Shown here: in pieces, positions 58,590 through 64,000 of the stretch
How the letters are laid out: each line of letters begins with the position of its first letter
Position numbering within the stretch: the first letter of the stretch is position 1
DNA from: Synergistales bacterium
GTDB lineage: Bacteria; Synergistota; Synergistia; Synergistales; JAFGMB01
DNA: 64,000 bases
Assembly: GCA_963666205.1 (NCBI GenBank)
Contig: OY762654.1
Span: 2,144,001-2,208,000, forward strand
Direction: 5' to 3'
The notes under the pieces: model-generated
Told to the model about the DNA's origin: nothing
What the model saw: the letters and a program-made list of their open reading frames with translations, nothing else
Database searches by the model: none
Position numbers and translations under genes: made by a program

Positions 58590-59912
58590 TCATGGTATTT
58601 GTTTTTTCTTATGGAAATACATGTTCCTGCAATTTGTTTCCGGGAGAAAGAGGGTGCAGATCAAGCCAGCAAAGACGCTTGCGAAACAAAGCATAAAAGC
58701 CCGCTGATACTGAACAATCCCTGGCTCCAAGGCAGAAATATCAATTATGATACCCATGAATGTAGTGACAAGGGCTGTCCCGAGAAAACATCCGGTATTA
58801 ACAACAGAAATTGCGATCCCTGTAAATTTGGGGGAATTGGTTTCTTTTACTATTGCCAAAGCCAGGATAAATCCTGTAGAACAGAAACCGATGAGAAAGA
58901 ATAAGGGCTTGAGCAGGGGAACGGGCGGTTTCCCTCCATTGATAAATACCAGCAATCCCCAGAGAAGAGTTGATATAGCTGTCATTCCAACGAGTGGTAA
59001 TTTCCTTGTTCCCAGTCTGTCCGAGAACCAGCCGCTGAAAAAACTCCCAGCCATTGTTCCGTAGATAATGAAGGAAACATAAGCTGAAGCTGAACCCTGG
59101 TTAAAACCGTATACGGCCCTCAGGAATGATACTCCCCATGCTCCTGCAAAGGCCTGGTAGGTCCCAGCGACAAGCCCAAAAAATAAAAAGGCAGGCCAGA
59201 TCTGCCATTCTTTCATTACTTCCCTGAGAGCAAGGCCCAGGTTGAGTCTTTCACCAGGTGGAATCCTGATCCTTTCCCTGAGGATCTCTGCTTCGTTTAT
59301 GGCTGGTAGACCCATGTCCTGTGGCCGGTTGCGTATCAGGAAGTAGCAGGCACATGCCAGAATAAGGGAAAATATTCCAATACCAGCAAAGGTCATTCTC
59401 CATGTGAAAAGGGCCACCATAAAAGCAAGAGGATTCTGTGCAAGCACCCCACCAAGGTTACCCATAAGGGCTGTCATACCCGACATGGTAGCGAATTCCC
59501 TCTCACGAAACCACTGTGACTGGATCTTGAGGATGGAGATAAAAACGGTAGAAACACCTATTCCCACAAGAAATCTTCCCAGGAAAATTACGGAGGTTGT
59601 GGGGGCAAGCCCGAATAACACTGATCCCATCCCCGCCAGAAACATGCCGACCGTAACAGTTTTTCTGGCCCCGAGGGAGTCTGCCATAAGGCCAACCGGG
59701 ATCTGCATTACCATATAGGCGTAAAAATACATGGATGCCAGAGTCCCGAATGCGGAAGCGCTTAATCCGAAAGTCTGAACAATGTCTTCTCTTACAACTC
59801 CTGCAGCGAGCCTGTGGAAGAACACTATCATGAATGCCGCTATCATTATTCCCCACACTATCCATCTATATGAAAGGGCTTTTTTTTCCAGGTCTTTCTG
59901 AGCTTTCATCAC
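58590..59912 (-). CDS. MFS transporter, paralog 1
   Basis: Near-duplicate of the adjacent MFS gene with long identical peptide stretches. Confidence 0.92.
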   Translation of the reverse strand: MMKAQKDLEKKALSYRWIVWGIMIAAFMIVFFHRLAAGVVREDIVQTFGLSASAFGTLASMYFYAYMVMQIPVGLMADSLGARKTVTVGMFLAGMGSVLFGLAPTTSVIFLGRFLVGIGVSTVFISILKIQSQWFREREFATMSGMTALMGNLGGVLAQNPLAFMVALFTWRMTFAGIGIFSLILACACYFLIRNRPQDMGLPAINEAEILRERIRIPPGERLNLGLALREVMKEWQIWPAFLFFGLVAGTYQAFAGAWGVSFLRAVYGFNQGSASAYVSFIIYGTMAGSFFSGWFSDRLGTRKLPLVGMTAISTLLWGLLVFINGGKPPVPLLKPLFFLIGFCSTGFILALAIVKETNSPKFTGIAISVVNTGCFLGTALVTTFMGIIIDISALEPGIVQYQRAFMLCFASVFAGLICTLFLPETNCRNMYFHKKKQIP

Positions 59913-60057
59913 TTTATATTCCTCCCGGCACCCTTTCGACAATAAATTGATATTGAATGACAAAATATTGACACAGGCAGTAAAATTCTGCTATAAATAT
60001 AGCGCAAAAAGTTGATATGTCAACAATATTTTGTTGTATGTAAGGGGAGTAGGCTCA

Positions 60058-60747
60058 ATGGGACCACATCCGATACTTAAAGCTTTAAAGCCTGTTATAA
60101 AGGGACTTGCCCTTGCCCTGGGCACGGATTACGAGATAGTGCTCCACGATATCAACGATCCTGAAAATTCCATTATCGCCATTGAGAATTCACAGGTCAC
60201 CGGCAGGAAAATAGGAGATCCATTGACGGATTATGCCATGTACCTTCTGAAAAACAGCGACCAGAAGAAAGAGGATTACGTAGCCAATTTCCTTACCAGG
60301 ACAAGTAATGGCAAAAGGATCCGTTCCTCGACCCTATATCTCAGAGATGAGAAGGGAAAGCTAATAGGATACCTGTGTATCAATTATGACATGTCAAGGG
60401 CAGAAATAATAAAGAACATGGTTGATCAGCTGGTTTCTGTAACCGGGGGGGGCAGTACAGCCGAAATACCCAGAGAAGAGGAGATGCCCGCAACACTGGA
60501 GGGGCTCATGGAAAGAAATCTCAAACTTATCAGAAAGCTTGTAGGTAAACCCCTTCATATGTCGAATAAACAGGAAAAACTTCAGGCTATCAAGGTTCTC
60601 GACGATGAAGGATTCTTTCTTCTCAAGGGTGCAGTAGAGGCCCTTGCCGAAGAAACGGGCAATACGAAGTACACCATTTATTCATATCTTCGTGAAGTAA
60701 GGGGAGAAAGATCAGGTCCCTCTTCTGATTTCAAAGTAACTCAATAA
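60058..60747 (+). CDS. YheO/DauR-like PAS-HTH transcriptional regulator
   Basis: EIVLHD...PE.SI.AI.N..VTGR..G, RSST, LCIN.D, L...G.F..KGAV and TIY.YL motifs. Confidence 0.9.
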   Translation: MGPHPILKALKPVIKGLALALGTDYEIVLHDINDPENSIIAIENSQVTGRKIGDPLTDYAMYLLKNSDQKKEDYVANFLTRTSNGKRIRSSTLYLRDEKGKLIGYLCINYDMSRAEIIKNMVDQLVSVTGGGSTAEIPREEEMPATLEGLMERNLKLIRKLVGKPLHMSNKQEKLQAIKVLDDEGFFLLKGAVEALAEETGNTKYTIYSYLREVRGERSGPSSDFKVTQ

Positions 60748-60766
60748 AGGACAGGAGGAATCCAGA

Positions 60767-62641
60767 TTGAGTAAGAAAGCTATTTTAATGGGCAATGAAG
60801 CAATTGCCAGGGGTGTTGTAGAGGCCGGATGTGAAGTGGCAAGCGCATACCCGGGTACCCCCTCTTCAGAAATACTTCCAGCTATTGCAAAATATTCTGA
60901 TGAACTGGAAACGAATACACAGGTGGAATGGGGTGCCAATGAGAAAGTGGCCTACGAGACCGCCCTGGGAGCTACCTTTGCGGGAAAAAGGTCCTGTGCT
61001 GTAATGAAACAGGTAGGGCTGGACGTTGCAGCTGATCCGTTTATGACCTCAGCGAACTTTGAACTGAATGGCGGATTTATCGTGATTGTATCCGATGATC
61101 CCGGTTGTCACGCTTCCCAGACCGACCAGGACTGTCGTTATTTTGCCATGTATGCCAGGATACCCTGTTTTGATCCCAGCGATGCAAGAGAGGCCAGGGA
61201 AATGGTTTTCGATGCATTTGAAGTATCTGAGAAATACAAAGTGGTTACCATGCTCAGGCCAACCACGAGGGTGGATCACTGCAGGCAGGATGTGGAACTC
61301 GGAGAAGTGCGGAAACTTCATAACCCTGCGCACTTTGAGAGGAAACCCTACGCCGGGATGATCCATTTCCCTGCGAGGCTTGACCGGGAATCCATCCCCA
61401 TGAGGAATAAACGTTACTCCAGGATCCAGGAGGATTTTGAAACAGCCTTCCCGAAATATAACTATGAAATACCGGCAAAGGGTAAGGCTTCTCTCGGTGT
61501 TATTGCGGGAGGAATCTGTTTCTCCACGGTAATGGATAGTCTGAAGAGCCTTGACAGAGAAGATGTTTCTGTCCTTAAAATAGGGACTCCCGTACCATTG
61601 CCGCTGAAAATGGTTGAGGATTTCATTGCACGACATGATAAAGTTATCGTTTTTGAGGAGACCTATCCTGTAATAGAAATGCAGATATCTGACAGGAACA
61701 GCATTATGGGACGATGGAATGGTCATGTGCCTATGGACAGGGAATTGACCATAGATGTGATAAGAACCTATCTTCTGAAGGCTTTGGGAGAAGAGACAGC
61801 ATCTTCAGATTCAATTGAAAAACTTCAACAGGCCCAGAAAGAACTCGGACTTTTTGTCCGGCCTCCACGTCTGTGTCCCGGATGCGGTCACAGACCCAGT
61901 TATTCTTCGATCAGAAAAGCTTATCCGAACGCTATCGTCTGTAGTGACATCGGATGCTACAGTCTCTCCAAGCAGCAGAATGCCATTGACACCATAATAA
62001 GCATGGGAGCGTCAATAACAGTGGCCTCAGGTATGTACCTGGCCCACAAGGCAGATGGGAAGGGTACTGACCGCCCCATCTTTGCTACACTTGGTGATTC
62101 AACGTTCTATCATAATGGTATGACCGGTCTTACCACCGCTGTATATAACAGGCATGCTTTTGTCCTGGGGATCATGGATAACAGTATTACTGCTATGACA
62201 GGAGGCCAGGATCATCCTGGCAGCGGAAGCAAGATGAGAAAAAATGAACAAGGTGTTATTGTTCCCCTTGAGGATGCAGTTAAAGGCTGTGGTGTGAAAT
62301 ATGTAAAAGTGGTTGAAGCCTATGAGCTGAAGAATAATGTACAGGTGGTCAAGGAAGCCTGGGAATATGCAAGATCCAATGAGGAACCTGCAGTCATAAT
62401 CTTCCGTCATCCCTGTCTGACCAAATTGAAAGTAAAACAGGAGCAGCATCCGGTGAAAGTGGATCAGGATAAGTGTGTTGGATGCCGCTACTGTATCGAT
62501 TTCTTCAACTGCCCCGGCCTTGCATTCGATGAGGAAAAGAAAAAGGCCTACATCGATGAGAGGTTCTGTATCAGTTGTGGCGTCTGTGTCGAGATCTGTC
62601 CTGTGGGAGCAATTGTACCTGTAAAGGAGGATGATGAATAA
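60767..62641 (+). CDS. iorA: Indolepyruvate:ferredoxin oxidoreductase alpha subunit
   Basis: GNEAIARG, YPGTPSSEI, NEKVA.E, MKQVGL.VAAD, RPP.LCPGC.H, DIGCY, GDSTF.H.G and C-terminal 2x[4Fe-4S]. Confidence 0.95.
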   Translation: MSKKAILMGNEAIARGVVEAGCEVASAYPGTPSSEILPAIAKYSDELETNTQVEWGANEKVAYETALGATFAGKRSCAVMKQVGLDVAADPFMTSANFELNGGFIVIVSDDPGCHASQTDQDCRYFAMYARIPCFDPSDAREAREMVFDAFEVSEKYKVVTMLRPTTRVDHCRQDVELGEVRKLHNPAHFERKPYAGMIHFPARLDRESIPMRNKRYSRIQEDFETAFPKYNYEIPAKGKASLGVIAGGICFSTVMDSLKSLDREDVSVLKIGTPVPLPLKMVEDFIARHDKVIVFEETYPVIEMQISDRNSIMGRWNGHVPMDRELTIDVIRTYLLKALGEETASSDSIEKLQQAQKELGLFVRPPRLCPGCGHRPSYSSIRKAYPNAIVCSDIGCYSLSKQQNAIDTIISMGASITVASGMYLAHKADGKGTDRPIFATLGDSTFYHNGMTGLTTAVYNRHAFVLGIMDNSITAMTGGQDHPGSGSKMRKNEQGVIVPLEDAVKGCGVKYVKVVEAYELKNNVQVVKEAWEYARSNEEPAVIIFRHPCLTKLKVKQEQHPVKVDQDKCVGCRYCIDFFNCPGLAFDEEKKKAYIDERFCISCGVCVEICPVGAIVPVKEDDE

Positions 62642-63201
62642 TGCAGTTCATCATAGTTGGTATTGGTGGTCAGGGAATCCTTTTTACAAGCAAGGTTCTT
62701 GGTCATATTGCCCTTAAAAAAGGACAGAAGGTAGTGGGTAGTGAAGTTCATGGAATGTCACAGAGAGGCGGTTCAGTAATAAGCCATTACAAGATAGGAG
62801 AATATAGCGCTCCCCTTGTTCTTAAGGGACAGGCAGACATTCTTCTGGCTTTCGATCAGATGGAGGCATTAAGGAACTTTGATTTCCTCAGAGAAGGGGG
62901 TCAGGCAATTGTCAATATCCATGATGCCAGATCTTTTGAGAACGATAGTCTGAAAACCTATCTGAGCGAGAGGGAAATAATAATCCACAAGATCGAGGGA
63001 TATGAGATCCTTAAAGAACATATGAAGGGAAACTTCCTTTTCCTCAATGTTCTTATCCTTGGTGCCATGTGTGGAGCCGGGCTTGGAAATGTCACGATAG
63101 ATGAAGTTAAGGAGGCTATCGCAGAACTTGCTCCTGCCAGGTTCCTGGATGCCAACCTCAAGGTGCTCGAACTGGGATATGCAGCCCTGAAAACAAGCTA
63201 G
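62641..63201 (+). CDS. iorB: Indolepyruvate:ferredoxin oxidoreductase beta subunit
   Basis: GIGGQG, SEVHGMSQRGGSV and EALR motifs. Confidence 0.95.
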   Translation: MQFIIVGIGGQGILFTSKVLGHIALKKGQKVVGSEVHGMSQRGGSVISHYKIGEYSAPLVLKGQADILLAFDQMEALRNFDFLREGGQAIVNIHDARSFENDSLKTYLSEREIIIHKIEGYEILKEHMKGNFLFLNVLILGAMCGAGLGNVTIDEVKEAIAELAPARFLDANLKVLELGYAALKTS

Positions 63202-63217
63202 TTAACCGGATTTCTGA

Positions 63218-63245
63218 AGGGGGGGTATATCGCTCCCCCTTTTTG
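63218..63245 (+). terminator. Terminator after iorB
   Basis: aaggggggg ... ctcccccttttt. Confidence 0.6.
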
Positions 63246-63300
63246 CTATACTCTGGATCCAGGATCGACTTTGTTAAAATACTGGAATGGAGGTCTGAAA

Positions 63301-64000
63301 ATGCAGGAACCCTGGAAAGATCTTTTAAGTACTGGAGCAAAGAACGTACAAACTTCACCCATCAGAGAAATGGTAAAGCTTATCAGGCAACCGGGGATGA
63401 TATCATTTGCCGGCGGAATGCCTGATCCTGCTATCTTTCCCATTGATGAATTTTATGAATGTGCCGGGATATTGAGGGAAAAGGGCACAGATGTCCTTCA
63501 GTATGGAGCAACTGACGGTTACGCCCCCCTCAAGGATTTTCTGGCTGAGTGGACCGGCCCCAGGATGGGAAGAAAGATCCTGACTGAGGAAATACTTATT
63601 ACTGCCGGTTCCATTCAGGTGGTTGATCTTCTTAATCTTGTAATGATAGACAGGGGAGACTACATAGTAATAGAAGAACCGACCTTTATGGGTACTACTG
63701 CCAATATGCATAATCATGGAGCTAAATTCCTCTCTATATCCTGTGATGAGAGTGGAATGGAAGTGGATAAACTTCCCGGAATTATAGACAAGGCCAGATC
63801 CGAAGGAAAAAGGATCAAGTATATATACACCATTCCAAACTTCCAGAATCCACTTGGTTGTACCATGACCCTCGAAAGAAGGAAAAAACTTGTTGAGGTA
63901 GCCCACAGATATGATCTCATGATCCTTGAAGATGACCCTTACGGCTATGTCCGTTTTGACGGTGAGCATGAGCCGACACTTTTCTCCCTCGATGACAGGG
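63301..64000 (+). CDS. Class I PLP aminotransferase (2-aminoadipate/aromatic type), truncated by the window edge
   Basis: Missing from the ORF track. ATG 63301 with GGAGG RBS gives MQEPWK...SPIRE...ISFAGGMPDP..FP...LQYG.T.G...YTIPNFQNP.G...EDDPYG. Confidence 0.92.
   Translation, partial: MQEPWKDLLSTGAKNVQTSPIREMVKLIRQPGMISFAGGMPDPAIFPIDEFYECAGILREKGTDVLQYGATDGYAPLKDFLAEWTGPRMGRKILTEEILITAGSIQVVDLLNLVMIDRGDYIVIEEPTFMGTTANMHNHGAKFLSISCDESGMEVDKLPGIIDKARSEGKRIKYIYTIPNFQNPLGCTMTLERRKKLVEVAHRYDLMILEDDPYGYVRFDGEHEPTLFSLDDR

Noticed and set aside
1-64000. CRISPR arrays, tRNA/rRNA (including tRNA-Sec), prophage, integrase or defence systems
   Set aside because: No regularly spaced repeats, cloverleaf/rRNA signatures or corresponding protein motifs were recognised by eye.

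Overview
A 64 kb chromosomal segment from an anaerobic, amino-acid-fermenting bacterium. The gene repertoire suggests Synergistota, but that is inference. It carries two TRAP transporters (TAXI-type and DctPQM), two 2-oxoacid:ferredoxin oxidoreductases (four-subunit por-type and iorAB), several amidohydrolase/amino-acid catabolic operons, tandemly duplicated M20 and MFS genes, and many stand-alone enzymes. The first ~4.8 kb is decaying: an IS30 remnant, a truncated amidohydrolase and a flavoprotein fragment. The main hidden signal is three ORFs that the ORF track splits or truncates at an in-frame TGA. Each TGA sits in a redox-motif position and is followed by a SECIS-like hairpin, so these are probable selenoproteins: (1) a rhodanese with a C-terminal CxxU under a strong Fur-box-like site, (2) an AhpC/TSA protein with UxxC, and (3) a small thioredoxin-fold/ArsD-like protein with a vicinal Cys-Sec that I do not recognise as a described family. 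The third lies just upstream of an ArsB/NhaD-family permease and the AhpC selenoprotein. No rRNA, tRNA or CRISPR array was recognised, and no selABCD genes are in the window. All family assignments are by eye from motifs; no database searches were run.
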